Positions 28,227-38,177 of a DNA stretch of 64,000 nucleotides are shown here, piece by piece. Each line of letters starts with the position of its first letter. Positions within the stretch are counted from its first letter, which is position 1. Origin of the DNA: a virus (Duplodnaviria; Heunggongvirae; Uroviricota; Caudoviricetes); IMG/VR virus record IMGVR_UViG_2917886563_000007. The stretch is one strand, 5' to 3'. The position numbers and the translations under genes were made by a program. The notes beneath the pieces are model-generated. The model saw only the letters and a program-made list of their open reading frames with translations. It searched no databases and was not told where the DNA came from.

Positions 28227-29242
28227 CAGGTTCAGAAATGGCGAAAGCCGGTCTGCTGGAACAGAACCGACTTTCAGGTGCAAATCGTAACGCACTCATT
28301 GCGGGAGGAATTATGGCAAACACTGCTGAGATATTCAATTTTCCAGTGCCGGATGTGGCACAAAAGGAGCCGCGCGTGGCAGATCTCGATGATGGTTATA
28401 CGCGCATTGCTAATGAGTTGCTGGAAGCTGTGATGCTGGCCGGATTAACACAGCACCAGCTTCTGGTCTTCCTGGCTGTCATGCGCAAAACATATGGCTT
28501 TAATAAAAAAATGGATTGGGTGAGCAACGAGCAACTTTCCGAGTTAACCGGGATATTGCCGCACAAGTGTTCTGCTGCAAAAAGTGTTCTGGTAAAGCGT
28601 GGGATTTTTATTCAGAGCGGGCGGAATACCGGCATTAATAATGTGGTCAGTGAATGGTCAACATTACCCGAATCAGGTAAGAAAAATAAAGTTTACCTGA
28701 AAGAGGTAAATTTACCTGAATCAGGTAAAAAAAGTTTACCCAAATCAGGTAAAGACGTTTACCTGAATCAGGTAAACACAAAAGACAAACTAACAAAAGA
28801 CAATATAAAACCTTATTCGTCCGAGAATTCTGGCGAATCCTCTGACCAGCCAGAAAACGACCTTCCTGTGGTGAAACCGGATGCTGCGATTCAGAGCGGC
28901 AGCAAGTGGGGGACAGCAGAAGACCTGACCGCCGCAGAGTGGATGTTTGACATGGTGAAGACCATCGCGCCATCAGCCAGAAAACCGAATTTTGCAGGGT
29001 GGGCTAACGATATCCGCCTGATGCGTGAACGTGACGGACGTAACCACCGCGACATGTGCGTGCTGTTCCGCTGGGCATGCCAGGACAACTTCTGGTCCGG
29101 TAACGTGCTAAGTCCGGCCAAACTCCGCGACAAGTGGACCCAACTCGAAATCAACCGTAACAAGCAACAGGCTGGCGTGACAGCCGGAAAACCAAAACTC
29201 GACCTGACGAACACTGACTGGATTTACGGGGTGGAGCTATGA
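28223..29242 (+). CDS. O: replication initiator O (lambda-like C-terminus, distinct N-terminal specificity domain)
   Basis: 339-aa ORF; C-terminal third matches lambda O as recalled (…NFAGWANDIRLMRERDGRNHRDMCVLFRWACQDNFWSGNVLSPAKLRDKWTQLEINRNKQ…); ori iterons inside. Confidence 0.9.
   Translation: MTGSEMAKAGLLEQNRLSGANRNALIAGGIMANTAEIFNFPVPDVAQKEPRVADLDDGYTRIANELLEAVMLAGLTQHQLLVFLAVMRKTYGFNKKMDWVSNEQLSELTGILPHKCSAAKSVLVKRGIFIQSGRNTGINNVVSEWSTLPESGKKNKVYLKEVNLPESGKKSLPKSGKDVYLNQVNTKDKLTKDNIKPYSSENSGESSDQPENDLPVVKPDAAIQSGSKWGTAEDLTAAEWMFDMVKTIAPSARKPNFAGWANDIRLMRERDGRNHRDMCVLFRWACQDNFWSGNVLSPAKLRDKWTQLEINRNKQQAGVTAGKPKLDLTNTDWIYGVEL
28666..28776. repeat. ori iterons (5 copies of ~19-bp tttacctgaatcaggtaaa-like site) followed by A-rich region
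   Basis: Copies at about 28666, 28692, 28711, 28735, 28758; each internally palindromic; followed by A-rich stretch 28777-28812. Confidence 0.85.
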
Positions 29243-29940
29243 AAAACATCGCCGCACAGATGGTTAATTTTGACCGTGAGCAGATGCGCCGGATCGCCAA
29301 TAACATGCCGGAACAGTACGACGAAAAGCCGCAGGTACAGCAGGTAGCGCAGATTATCAATGGTGTGTTCAGCCAGTTACTGGCAACTTTCCCGGCGAGC
29401 CTGGCTAACCGTGACCAGAACGAACTGAACGAAATCCGCCGCCAGTGGGTTCTGGCTTTCCGGGAAAATGGGATCACCACGATGGAACAGGTTAACGCTG
29501 GAATGCGCGTAGCCCGTCGGCAGAATCGACCATTCCTGCCATCACCCGGGCAGTTTGTCGCCTGGTGCCGGGAAGAAGCATCCGTTAACGCCGGGCTGCC
29601 AAACGTCAGCGAGCTGGTTGATATGGTTTATGAGTATTGCCGGAAGCGTGGCCTGTATCCAGATGCAGAGTCTTATCCGTGGAAATCAAACGCGCACTAC
29701 TGGCTGGTTACCAACCTGTACCAGAACATGCGGGCCAATGCGCTTACTGATGCGGAATTACGGCGCAAGGCTGCCGATGAACTGGCCTGTATGACCGCGC
29801 GAATTAACCGTGGAGAGGCGATACCTGAACCAGTAAAACAACTTCCTGTCATGGATGGCAGGCCGCTTAATCGTGTTCAGGCGCTGGCGAAGATCGCCGA
29901 AATCAAAGCGAAATTTGGGCTGAAAGGGGCGAGTGTATGA
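29239..29940 (+). CDS. P: replication protein P (DnaB loader)
   Basis: 233-aa ORF matching lambda P (MKNIAAQMVNFDREQMRRIANNMPEQYDEKPQVQQVAQII…). Confidence 0.95.
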   Translation: MKNIAAQMVNFDREQMRRIANNMPEQYDEKPQVQQVAQIINGVFSQLLATFPASLANRDQNELNEIRRQWVLAFRENGITTMEQVNAGMRVARRQNRPFLPSPGQFVAWCREEASVNAGLPNVSELVDMVYEYCRKRGLYPDAESYPWKSNAHYWLVTNLYQNMRANALTDAELRRKAADELACMTARINRGEAIPEPVKQLPVMDGRPLNRVQALAKIAEIKAKFGLKGASV

Positions 29941-30236
29941 CGGGCAAAGAGGCAATTATTCATTACCTGGGGACGCATAAGAGCTTCTGTGCGCAGGACG
30001 TTGCTGAGGTAACAGGCGCAACAGTAACCAGCATAAATCAGGCTGCGGCTAAAATGGCGCGGGCAGGAATCTTGGTCATTGATGGTAAGGTCTGGCGAAC
30101 GGTGTATTACAGGTTCGCTACCAGGGAAGAACGGGAAGGAAAGGTGAGCACGAATCTGATTTTCAAGGAGTGTCGCCAGAGTGCCGCGATGAAGCGGGTT
30201 TTATTTGTTTATGCGGCGGGGGGAGGAAATCAGTGA
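29937..30236 (+). CDS. ren: Ren
   Basis: 99-aa ORF matching lambda Ren (MTGKEAIIHYLGTH…). Confidence 0.85.
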   Translation: MTGKEAIIHYLGTHKSFCAQDVAEVTGATVTSINQAAAKMARAGILVIDGKVWRTVYYRFATREEREGKVSTNLIFKECRQSAAMKRVLFVYAAGGGNQ

Positions 30237-30511
30237 GGTTGACGATAACTAATATCTGGCGCTATATTCTGTGCGTTGCCGCAAAATCGGCACACGGGAT
30301 TGGCGTCCCGGATAAGGTAATCGCGACTACTACACGCCGCGAGCGTGTTTTTTATTGTCGTAAGCATACGCACATCTGAATTATGGTGGGGCGTGTAGGG
30401 CCGACTTCGGTCGGGCCGGTTGATTACCCCGGTTACGCCAACCCTACATGTCTCACCACCAAACTGATTGGCGTCAGCGGTGGTGGTTAACTTGATTTAT
30501 AGGTAATCATC

Positions 30512-31117
30512 ATGAGCACACAACTAGTCTTTCATCAAACAAAATTCCATCCTGTTAAACACAACAACAGTATCTGGCTTACTGCCGTTGAGATTGCTCA
30601 AGCTCTCGGATATAAAAAATCTGATGCCGTAACTCAGATCTACGATCGAAATTCCGATGAATTTAGGGCAGATATGACTGAGACCCTCAATTTGAGTGTC
30701 TCAGGGAACTACCAGAAAACAATACGCATTTTCTCCCTCCGTGGTGCCCATTTGATCGCTATGTTCGCCCGCACTCCTGTAGCCAAAGAATTCCGCCGCT
30801 GGGTTCTGGATATTCTCGATCGAGAAGTTCAACAATCCCCAATCACAAAACAATTCACTGATAACGAACTTTGCACACTCGCCTGGTTATGGCGAGCAGG
30901 GGATGTGATGTTAACCGCCTGCCAGAATGTTACTCCACTTCTTCAGGTTGCGGAGCATCGCGAAGCCGGTCGCTTTACTTCTATTGAGCAAGAATATCCC
31001 CAGATACTACATAAGGCGCGCGAAATCCTTGCCAGAGAAACGGCACATGTAAGATTCCAGCCGTGGCAGGATGATAAGTGGAGCCGAGTATTGCCGCATT
31101 TGCGTTCTGAGCAGTAG
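30512..31117 (+). CDS. BRO-N domain protein (antirepressor-like)
   Basis: 201-aa ORF; N-terminal BRO-N-like region (…HPVKHNNSIWLTAVEIAQALGYKKSDAVTQIYDRNSDEF…). Confidence 0.6.
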   Translation: MSTQLVFHQTKFHPVKHNNSIWLTAVEIAQALGYKKSDAVTQIYDRNSDEFRADMTETLNLSVSGNYQKTIRIFSLRGAHLIAMFARTPVAKEFRRWVLDILDREVQQSPITKQFTDNELCTLAWLWRAGDVMLTACQNVTPLLQVAEHREAGRFTSIEQEYPQILHKAREILARETAHVRFQPWQDDKWSRVLPHLRSEQ

Positions 31118-31297
31118 CAATAAAGTTTCCGGTGAGAAATGTCACCAGCATTTTGTTATGAAACGGGTATTGGCGGTATATGGGGGCGGGGCTTTAGTTA
31201 TTAGGTGTCGAGAATTAATTGTTTGTAGCAATATAAAAAGGAGCGCTTAAGTCCGTTTATTTTTTTAAGCTTCATATACATAGTGGATAAAAATGAG

Positions 31298-31322
31298 AAC
31301 CACCCGCTGAACGGGTGGTTTT
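31298..31322. terminator. hairpin terminator between convergent moron genes
   Basis: aaccacccgctgaacgggtggtttt with T-run on plus strand. Confidence 0.6.
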
Positions 31323-31395
31323 GCGCAAGTTAAATTTTATAATTTCAGTGAATCTTTACGCTGTAATAATGCAAATGATAGTTGAAAAAACACAA

Positions 31396-32073
31396 TCAGT
31401 CGATGGATTCTCCGTAGGATGCAACTGCCTGAGCGACGCAAAAACGATCAATACACTCTATTTCTCCATAATCACGCAGGCAATAATAAGTATTATTGTC
31501 TTTATCAAAAGCGTAAATGCTACAAATACCCTCAAGCTCACAACTTGCGTCCCATCCACTATTAGATAACGTGCCCCATTCCTGGTAAAGCCCTGCGTTA
31601 ACTTCTCGATTGATAATATGCGGTCCACTATAGTTATCATAATCGTAACTATAGATGTCACGTGCCTCAGGAAAATTCCCGTTCATGTTTTCAATCCACG
31701 GTAAAATATCTTTAACTGAGTTATAAAGTTCAATGCTGTATTTGAAAAAACGCTTCACAATAAAAACATAGATGCCGGCAGATTTGTTTGTTGATTTATC
31801 AGTGGCGAAAATGACAAAAATCTTCCCAACGCACTTTTCATCTACGCCCGGAAAAGTTACTGTGCCATCCTGGCTAACCGCCAGAACATTATTGTCTGCA
31901 TTAGTGCTACAGGTCCATTTTACCTTGTCATTATTAATAGGGTCATTATCAATGACCATCTTGAAGGTTGCTCCTGGGAACAAACTGTTAGGGAAACAGT
32001 AACCACTCTCCATATCATTTTTAATATCATAGATATGGCTATCAACTAACACGCCTGTAATTTTGCTCATCAT
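31396..32073 (-). CDS. hypothetical low-GC moron protein
   Basis: ORF 31396..32118; probable start MMSKITG; Asn/Asp/Tyr-rich, AT-rich codon usage unlike flanking lambda-like genes. Confidence 0.5.
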   Translation of the reverse strand: MMSKITGVLVDSHIYDIKNDMESGYCFPNSLFPGATFKMVIDNDPINNDKVKWTCSTNADNNVLAVSQDGTVTFPGVDEKCVGKIFVIFATDKSTNKSAGIYVFIVKRFFKYSIELYNSVKDILPWIENMNGNFPEARDIYSYDYDNYSGPHIINREVNAGLYQEWGTLSNSGWDASCELEGICSIYAFDKDNNTYYCLRDYGEIECIDRFCVAQAVASYGESID

Positions 32074-32584
32074 TGAACTCTCTTTGTTTGTTAAATAAAA
32101 AGTTTTATTCCTGAACAACGGAACACGCTGATATTAATGCAACCAATGAATTGTTGTTGTTATTTGGAGGTTATATAGTGGTATGAATGTTATTATGCGA
32201 TGTCTCTGAGTGATGGGGTAAGGATTATATGATTCGCTTTTGAGATTTACCTATGTCAGGCGTTGCTGTTCATGTTCGTCCCCGTTGTCAGTCTTCTTAG
32301 TCTGAGCTAATGTCATCATCAATGGGTTATCAGTTTTCTCTGAAGTTATATAATTAATTGAGCGCCATAGCACCATGGGGCATTGTTGAATTTCATCTTC
32401 AATTGATTTTCCATAATCAACTCGCCATAATCATGTCATCGGAGCCTGAACACCTCCGGTGACTTCTGCGCTAAACGGGGACGTTTATGCGCACACACAA
32501 TCTAAACTCTCTTCTCCCTTCACAGATGCAGAAATGCACCTGCGATTTTTTGCATCCAACGTTTGACCTCTGCGGAGGTGAAGC

Positions 32585-33040
32585 GTGAACCTCCCACAAG
32601 ACGGCATCAAATTACATCGCGGCAACTTCACCGCTATCGGTCAGCAGATCCAGCCTTATCTGGAGGATGGCAAATGCTTTCGCATGGTGCTTAAACCGTG
32701 GCGCGAGAGACGCAGTCTTTCCCAGAATGCACTCAGCCACATGTGGTACAGCGAAATCAGTGAGTACCTCATCAGCAGGGGTAAAACGTTCGCTACTGCA
32801 GTATGGGTAAAAGATGCACTCAAACACACATACCTCGGTTATGAAACCAAGGACCTGGTTGATGTCGTAACCGGCGAAATCACTACGATCCAGTCGTTAC
32901 GCCATACCTCCGATCTTGATACCGGAGAGATGTATGTCTTCCTGTGTAAGGTTGAAGCCTGGGCGATGAATATTGGCTGCCACCTGACTATTCCGCAGAG
33001 CTGCGAGTTCCAGCTGCTGCGCGACAAGCAGGAGGCGTAA
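32585..33040 (+). CDS. ninB: NinB/YbcN-family recombination protein
   Basis: 151-aa ORF with NinB-like core (…[21 protein letters not shown]…). Confidence 0.7.
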   Translation: MNLPQDGIKLHRGNFTAIGQQIQPYLEDGKCFRMVLKPWRERRSLSQNALSHMWYSEISEYLISRGKTFATAVWVKDALKHTYLGYETKDLVDVVTGEITTIQSLRHTSDLDTGEMYVFLCKVEAWAMNIGCHLTIPQSCEFQLLRDKQEA

Positions 33041-33210
33041 TGGCTACACCGCTTATTCGTGTCATGAGCGGACACATCTACAGAGTACCAAATCGTCGTA
33101 AGCGTAAGCCTGAGCTGAAACCATCCGAAATACCAACACTGCTCGGATATACCGCCAGCCTGGTTGATAAAAAATGGTTGCGACTGGCAGCAAGGAGGAA
33201 TCATGGCTGA
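33040..33210 (+). CDS. ninE: NinE-like small protein
   Basis: 56-aa [31 protein letters not shown]…[13 protein letters not shown], found by manual translation (below ORF-track threshold). Confidence 0.5.
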   Translation: MATPLIRVMSGHIYRVPNRRKRKPELKPSEIPTLLGYTASLVDKKWLRLAARRNHG

Positions 33211-33493
33211 TTTGAGAAAAGCAGCGCGTGGTCGGGAATGCCAGGTAAGAATCCCTGGCGTATGTAATGGCAATCCTGAAACGTCTGTACTGGCACATAT
33301 CCGGCTGGCTGGATTGTGCGGTACCGGTATCAAACCGCCAGACCTGATTGCCACCATTGCATGTTCTGCCTGTCACGACGAAATCGACCGCCGCACACAT
33401 TTTGTCGATGCTGAGTATGCAAAAGAATGCGCGCTGGAAGGTATGGCGAGAACGCAGGTTATCTGGCTGAAAGAGGGGGTAATCAAGGCGTGA
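33203..33493 (+). CDS. DUF1364-like nin-region protein (YbcO-like)
   Basis: ORF 33164..33493; probable start [32 protein letters not shown]…; Cys-rich. Confidence 0.6.
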   Translation: MADLRKAARGRECQVRIPGVCNGNPETSVLAHIRLAGLCGTGIKPPDLIATIACSACHDEIDRRTHFVDAEYAKECALEGMARTQVIWLKEGVIKA

Positions 33494-33852
33494 ATACTTA
33501 CTACATCACACTACCCTGGCCGCCGAGCAATAACCGCTACTACCGCCATAATCGCGGGCGCACGCACATCAGCGCAGAGGGGCAGGTATACCGCGATAAC
33601 GTCGCCCGAATCATCAAAGGCTCCATGCTGGATATCGGTCTGGCTATGCCAGTGAAAATCCGTATTGAGTGCCACATGCCGGATCGCCGTCGCCGTGACC
33701 TGGATAATCTGCAAAAAGCAGCTTTTGACGCACTCACCAAAGCAGGTTTCTGGCTGGATGATGCTCAGGTCGTTGATTATCGCGTTGTGAAAATGCCCGT
33801 TACCAAGGGTGGAAAGCTGGAACTGATCATCACCGAACTGGGGGATGAATGA
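33490..33852 (+). CDS. rusA: Holliday junction resolvase RusA
   Basis: GTG start; 120 aa [26 protein letters not shown]… matching E. coli RusA as recalled. Confidence 0.9.
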   Translation: MNTYYITLPWPPSNNRYYRHNRGRTHISAEGQVYRDNVARIIKGSMLDIGLAMPVKIRIECHMPDRRRRDLDNLQKAAFDALTKAGFWLDDAQVVDYRVVKMPVTKGGKLELIITELGDE

Positions 33853-34068
33853 TGTGTGAGTCATATATGGCAGAACTCCTTCGCTACCGCTGGGGGCGCC
33901 TGCGCTTATATCGTTTCCCGGTTCTGTTTTGACCGATTACCGGATACTGAAGAATTACGCCAAAACACTGGCAGAGACAATTGTATGAAGCCAGAGATAA
34001 CGATCGGTTGATGCCGTTTTATTGTTTTTTGCTGCCAATTGGCGTGCTGGTGTAAATGGAGAGCGAGA

Positions 34069-34821
34069 ATGAATCTTGAGGCCTTACCAAAATATTACTC
34101 CCCAAAATCTCCAAAATTGAGCGATGACGCACCGGCGACAGACTCAGGTGGTTTATCAATTACGGATGTGATGGCTGCGCAGGGGATGGTGCAGTCGAAA
34201 GCACCGCTTGGGTTTGCCTTATTCCTGGCAAAAGTTGGTGTTCAGGACCCTCAGTTTGCGATTGAAGGTCTGCTCAATTACGCGATGGCACTGGATAACC
34301 CGACATTGAATAAATTGAGTGCAGAAACACGGTTACAGATTATTCCTTACCTCGTGAATTTTGCCTTTGCTGATTATTCCAGGTCTGCGGCAAGTAAGGC
34401 TCGCTGTGAGCATTGTGCTGGTACGGGATTTCATAATGTATTGCGCGAAGTGGTGAAACATTCCAGAAGCGGGGAATCCGTTATCAAGGAAGAGTGGGTG
34501 AAGGAACTATGTCAGCATTGTCATGGTAAGGGAGAAGTCAGCACAGCGTGCAGAGGGTGTAAGGGTAAAGGTATTGTCCTGGATGAAAAAAGGACCCGGC
34601 TTCATGGCACGCCTGTTTATAAGATTTGTGGGCGTTGCAATGGAAACCGGTTTAGCCGTTTACCAACCACACTGGCGCGGCATCATGTCCAGAAACTGGT
34701 ACCGGACCTGACGGATTATCAGTGGTACAAGGGGTATGCTGATGTTATTGATAAACTGGTTACAAAGTGCTGGCAGGAAGAAGCATATGCAGAAGCACAG
34801 TTGAGAAAGGTGACAAGATAA
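34069..34821 (+). CDS. Q: late antiterminator Q (non-lambda type, zinc-finger rich)
   Basis: ORF 34039..34821; ATG 34069 after GGAG; CxxC…CxxC clusters (CEHCAGTG…CQHCHGKG…CRGCKGKG…CGRCNG); position between rusA and lysis genes. Confidence 0.6.
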   Translation: MNLEALPKYYSPKSPKLSDDAPATDSGGLSITDVMAAQGMVQSKAPLGFALFLAKVGVQDPQFAIEGLLNYAMALDNPTLNKLSAETRLQIIPYLVNFAFADYSRSAASKARCEHCAGTGFHNVLREVVKHSRSGESVIKEEWVKELCQHCHGKGEVSTACRGCKGKGIVLDEKRTRLHGTPVYKICGRCNGNRFSRLPTTLARHHVQKLVPDLTDYQWYKGYADVIDKLVTKCWQEEAYAEAQLRKVTR

Positions 34822-34926
34822 ATAATTTTCGCCGAAGATATCGACATGATGCTTGCATTTTTCAAAAAATATGGATAGGATTTTCTCAACGATGGGCTTT
34901 GTATGTCCGGTGTTGAGAAAAAGTAG

Positions 34927-34950
34927 AAAACCCGCTAATGAGCGGGTTTT
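34927..34950 (+). terminator. tR'-like terminator downstream of Q (late leader)
   Basis: aaaacccgctaatgagcgggtttt hairpin followed by gtgtttt. Confidence 0.6.
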
Positions 34951-35188
34951 GTGTTTTAAATGGGGAGGTGGCTGGATGTCTAAAATAAACATTGCTTCCA
35001 AGTGTACAACTATGCGTTAATGGCTGCGTCGGTTTGAAGAACAGACGATATACGAAGTAGTTTACTAAAGCAGTTCTCATTTCAGGTGTTATTCACTTAT
35101 TCCTTCTTTGAGTCTCTCCAATTAAGTACGAAGTCGTTTCTGTTATACAAATCATTTATGCCGAAAGGCTCAAGTTAAGGAATGTAGA

Positions 35189-35404
35189 ATGTCAAATAAA
35201 ATGACTGGTTTAGTAAAATGGTTTAACGCTGATAAAGGTTTTGGCTTTATTTCTCCTGTTGATGGTAGTAAAGATGTGTTTGTGCATTTTTCTGCAATTC
35301 AGAATGATAATTATCGAACCTTATTTGAAGGCCAAAAGGTTACCTTCTCTGTAGAGAGTGGTGCTAAAGGTCCTGCAGCAGCAAATGTCATTATTACTGA
35401 TTAA
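35189..35404 (+). CDS. cold-shock protein (CspA family; CspB/CspI-like prophage copy)
   Basis: 71-aa ORF with RNP motifs KGFGFI and VFVHF. Confidence 0.9.
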   Translation: MSNKMTGLVKWFNADKGFGFISPVDGSKDVFVHFSAIQNDNYRTLFEGQKVTFSVESGAKGPAAANVIITD

Positions 35405-35603
35405 AATTCATAGCTTGTCTGTATACGATAACGAAGAAGGCTGATGCCTGAGTAGAGATGCAGATAGAGTTGTGGGTATTGAATCCCATTTTGTGGTGAA
35501 GTGCAGGTTTGCTGCATGAATAGTTTTACAGTAGAAGCTAACTGCTGGCATAGCAATACAAAGTGCGTAAGTGGGTAACTACCACAAAAAGCACCACAAT
35601 CTC

Positions 35604-35626
35604 AAACCCGCGCAGGCGGGTTTTTT
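35604..35626 (+). terminator. Rho-independent terminator after csp
   Basis: aaacccgcgcaggcgggtttttt. Confidence 0.75.
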
Positions 35627-35685
35627 ATTATCTGATTTAAATATATTATTAAAATATAAAAACTCTTTGTAAGTAATCAAAACAC

Positions 35686-35856
35686 TCAGGCAACAGCTTT
35701 AAGATTTGTTTGGAATACTTTGTTGCAATGAGGGCAGATCAAAAGGGCACCTTTTTGTACTCTAGAAAAACTGTGTTCTGATTCTTGGGTACAGTTTGGG
35801 CAGGAACATTTTACGAGATAATTACGGCGTGATTTTGAGTCTTTACGTTCTGACAT
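35686..35856 (-). CDS. small zinc-ribbon protein (2x CxxC)
   Basis: Manual translation of minus strand: MSERKDSKSRRNYLVKCSCPNCTQESEHSFSRVQKGALLICPHCNKVFQTNLKAVA (56 aa). Confidence 0.45.
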   Translation of the reverse strand: MSERKDSKSRRNYLVKCSCPNCTQESEHSFSRVQKGALLICPHCNKVFQTNLKAVA

Positions 35857-36077
35857 AGGCTTTTCCTGTATAAATGGCCGTATACATTACACTAAATAGA
35901 AAAATATATCCCGCATTATTATTTAATAGATGGTTTTTCTTTTAAAATATTTAACCACATTATTTTAATTTTCTGTTTTTTGAGCGTCGTTGAGAACAAC
36001 GTTTGCTGTAAAAACTAACCCGTAGACTCCGATCTTTTCAAACATATTGCACCATCCGTGTACATCGGGGTGAGGAT

Positions 36078-36293
36078 ATGAAATCAATGGATAAGTTAAC
36101 AACAGGTGTCGCCTATGGCACCTCTGCAGGCAGTGCTGGCTACTGGTTTTTACAGTTGCTCGATAAAGTCACGCCATCACAGTGGGCGGCAATAGGTGTG
36201 CTGGGTAGTCTGGTATTTGGCCTGCTGACGTACCTGACAAACCTTTATTTCAAGATTAAAGAAGATAAGCGTAAGGCTGCGAGAGGTGAATAA
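36078..36293 (+). CDS. S: holin (phage 21 S-like pinholin)
   Basis: 71-aa ORF matching phage 21 / DLP12 EssD holin as recalled (…[20 protein letters not shown]…). Confidence 0.9.
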
Positions 36294-36790
36294 TGTCGCC
36301 ATCATTACGCAAGGCTGTTGCAGCTGCTATTGGTGGTGGGGCTGTTGCCATAGCGTCTGTGCTCATCACTGGTCCGAGTGGTGACGATGGTCTGGAAGGT
36401 GTCAGCTACATACCATATAAAGATATCGTTGGCGTATGGACTGTATGTTACGGGCACACCGGAAAAGACATTATGCTCGGTAAAGCGTATACCGAAGCAG
36501 AATGCAAAGCCCTCCTGAATAAAGACCTTGCCACTGTCGCCAGACAAATTAACCCGTACATCAAAGTCGATATACCGGAAACAACGCGCGGCGCTCTTTA
36601 CTCGTTCGTCTATAACGTGGGCGCAGGCAATTTCAGAACATCTACTCTTCTTCGCAAAATAAACCAGGGCGATATCAAGGGCGCATGTGACCAGCTACGT
36701 CGCTGGACATACGCTGGCGGTAAGCAATGGAAAGGCCTGATGACTCGTCGTGAGATTGAGCGTGAGGTCTGTTTGTGGGGGCAGCAATGA
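36293..36790 (+). CDS. R: SAR endolysin (phage 21 R-like lysozyme)
   Basis: 165-aa ORF with N-terminal SAR hydrophobic segment and lysozyme catalytic region (…[16 protein letters not shown]…). Confidence 0.9.
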   Translation: MSPSLRKAVAAAIGGGAVAIASVLITGPSGDDGLEGVSYIPYKDIVGVWTVCYGHTGKDIMLGKAYTEAECKALLNKDLATVARQINPYIKVDIPETTRGALYSFVYNVGAGNFRTSTLLRKINQGDIKGACDQLRRWTYAGGKQWKGLMTRREIEREVCLWGQQ

Positions 36791-37224
36791 GCAGGGTAAC
36801 CGCGATTATCTCCGCTCTGGTTATCTGCATCATCGTCTGCCTGTCATGGGCTGTTAATCATTACCGTGATAACGCCATTACCTACAAAGAACAGCGCGAT
36901 AAAGCCACGTACATCATCGCTGATATGCAGAAGCGTCAACGTGATGTAGCAGTACTCGACGCCAGATACACAAAGGAGCTTGCTGATGCTAACGCGACTA
37001 TCGAAAGTCTCCGTGCTGATGTTTCTGCTGGTCGTAAGCGCCTGCAAGTCTCCGCCACCTGTGCAAAGTCAACGACCGGAGCCAGCAGCATGGGCGATGG
37101 AGAAAGCCCAAGACTTACAGCAGATGCTGAACTCAATTATTACCGTCTCAGAAGTGGAATCGACAGGATAACCGCGCAGGTTAACTACCTGCAGGAGTAC
37201 ATCAGGACGCAATGCCTGAAATAA
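36787..37224 (+). CDS. Rz: i-spanin Rz
   Basis: ORF 36775..37224; start [17 protein letters not shown] (N-terminal TM) then coiled-coil. Confidence 0.85.
   Translation: MSRVTAIISALVICIIVCLSWAVNHYRDNAITYKEQRDKATYIIADMQKRQRDVAVLDARYTKELADANATIESLRADVSAGRKRLQVSATCAKSTTGASSMGDGESPRLTADAELNYYRLRSGIDRITAQVNYLQEYIRTQCLK
36980..37171 (+). CDS. Rz1: o-spanin Rz1 (nested in +1 frame within Rz)
   Basis: 63-aa ORF with lipobox LLVVSAC and Pro-rich mature region, fully embedded in Rz. Confidence 0.8.
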   Translation: MLMLTRLSKVSVLMFLLVVSACKSPPPVQSQRPEPAAWAMEKAQDLQQMLNSIITVSEVESTG

Positions 37225-37425
37225 TTTTTTTGCAAATCACAAAGTCAATTTAATGAGCCTCGCGATGCGGGGCTTTTTGCAATAAATGCGTACCGCAACG
37301 CATGTTTTTTACACCGAACCTGCCCCTTTGGAATGGGCCTTTGAGGATACCAGTTAGTGCTGGCGAGCCTCGGTGGGCTGGTTTCCTGTGCGGCAAAGGT
37401 TCGTTTCAAAGAGTAGGTACACGCT

Positions 37426-37923
37426 ATGAAATCATTAACCCTCTTCAATCAACCAATTCGTATCGGTGAAGATGGCATGATCTGCCTCACTGATATGTGG
37501 AAAGCCAGTGGTAAAAGTGAATCTGAATCTCCGTACCACTACCTGCGAAACAAGCAGACCAAAGAGTTCTTAGCCGAGCTGGAGAAAAACCACGAATCTG
37601 TGGTTTTTACTGAGCGCGGTGTACACGGTGGAACATATGGCGGGAAGTTTGTTGCTTATGATTATGCAGCATGGCTAAACCCCGGATTTAAATATGCAGC
37701 CTATAAAGTCCTGGATGACTACTTCACCGGAGAACTTCAGCATCGCAACAGCTTAAGTGCGCAGCTCAATATGAAGTGTCATGAGTTTGATCAGAAAAAA
37801 GATATGGCGAGCTTCTGTGGACAAGGGCTGGCGGCATGGCGCTATACGAAGCCAGTGTTGGTCGCTGAGATTAACTCCCTGGCTAACCAGCTGCAGATAA
37901 CGATCCCCGGGCTTCCGGGATGA
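37426..37923 (+). CDS. KilA-N domain protein
   Basis: 165-aa ORF; N-terminal KilA-N-like region (…IRIGEDGMICLTDMWKASGKSESESPYHYLRNKQTKEFLAEL…). Confidence 0.55.
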   Translation: MKSLTLFNQPIRIGEDGMICLTDMWKASGKSESESPYHYLRNKQTKEFLAELEKNHESVVFTERGVHGGTYGGKFVAYDYAAWLNPGFKYAAYKVLDDYFTGELQHRNSLSAQLNMKCHEFDQKKDMASFCGQGLAAWRYTKPVLVAEINSLANQLQITIPGLPG

Positions 37924-38177
37924 GTGATCGTGTCATTGAATGCGCCTCCAGAGCGGGGCGCGACTTCTCAGAGTTCATGAAAGGCGAGAAGGGCATGATG
38001 GAAGCATTGGCCTCGGTGGATGAGTTTGGCGAGCAGCTGCGCCTCAACGGCTGTGTCAATCATCACTTTGTTAGCTACATGATGCGGAACTCGATCATGC
38101 AGGCATTCATGGACATGGCAAAAGCCGAGAGGAAAGAAGAGCGCCGGCGTAAGCGAGCGGAAGCAAAAGCGAAGTAG
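37920..38177 (+). CDS. hypothetical protein
   Basis: 85-aa ORF overlapping previous stop; basic C-terminus. Confidence 0.4.
   Translation: MSDRVIECASRAGRDFSEFMKGEKGMMEALASVDEFGEQLRLNGCVNHHFVSYMMRNSIMQAFMDMAKAERKEERRRKRAEAKAK

Noticed and set aside
28666-28776. Possible CRISPR array (short direct repeats)
   Set aside because: Repeats are ~19 bp with irregular short spacers inside the O gene and match ori iteron architecture; no cas genes anywhere in the window.
34822-36077. tRNA genes between Q and the lysis cassette (as in some Stx phages)
   Set aside because: Inspected by eye: only terminator hairpins, a csp gene and a small ORF; no cloverleaf-compatible sequence seen.
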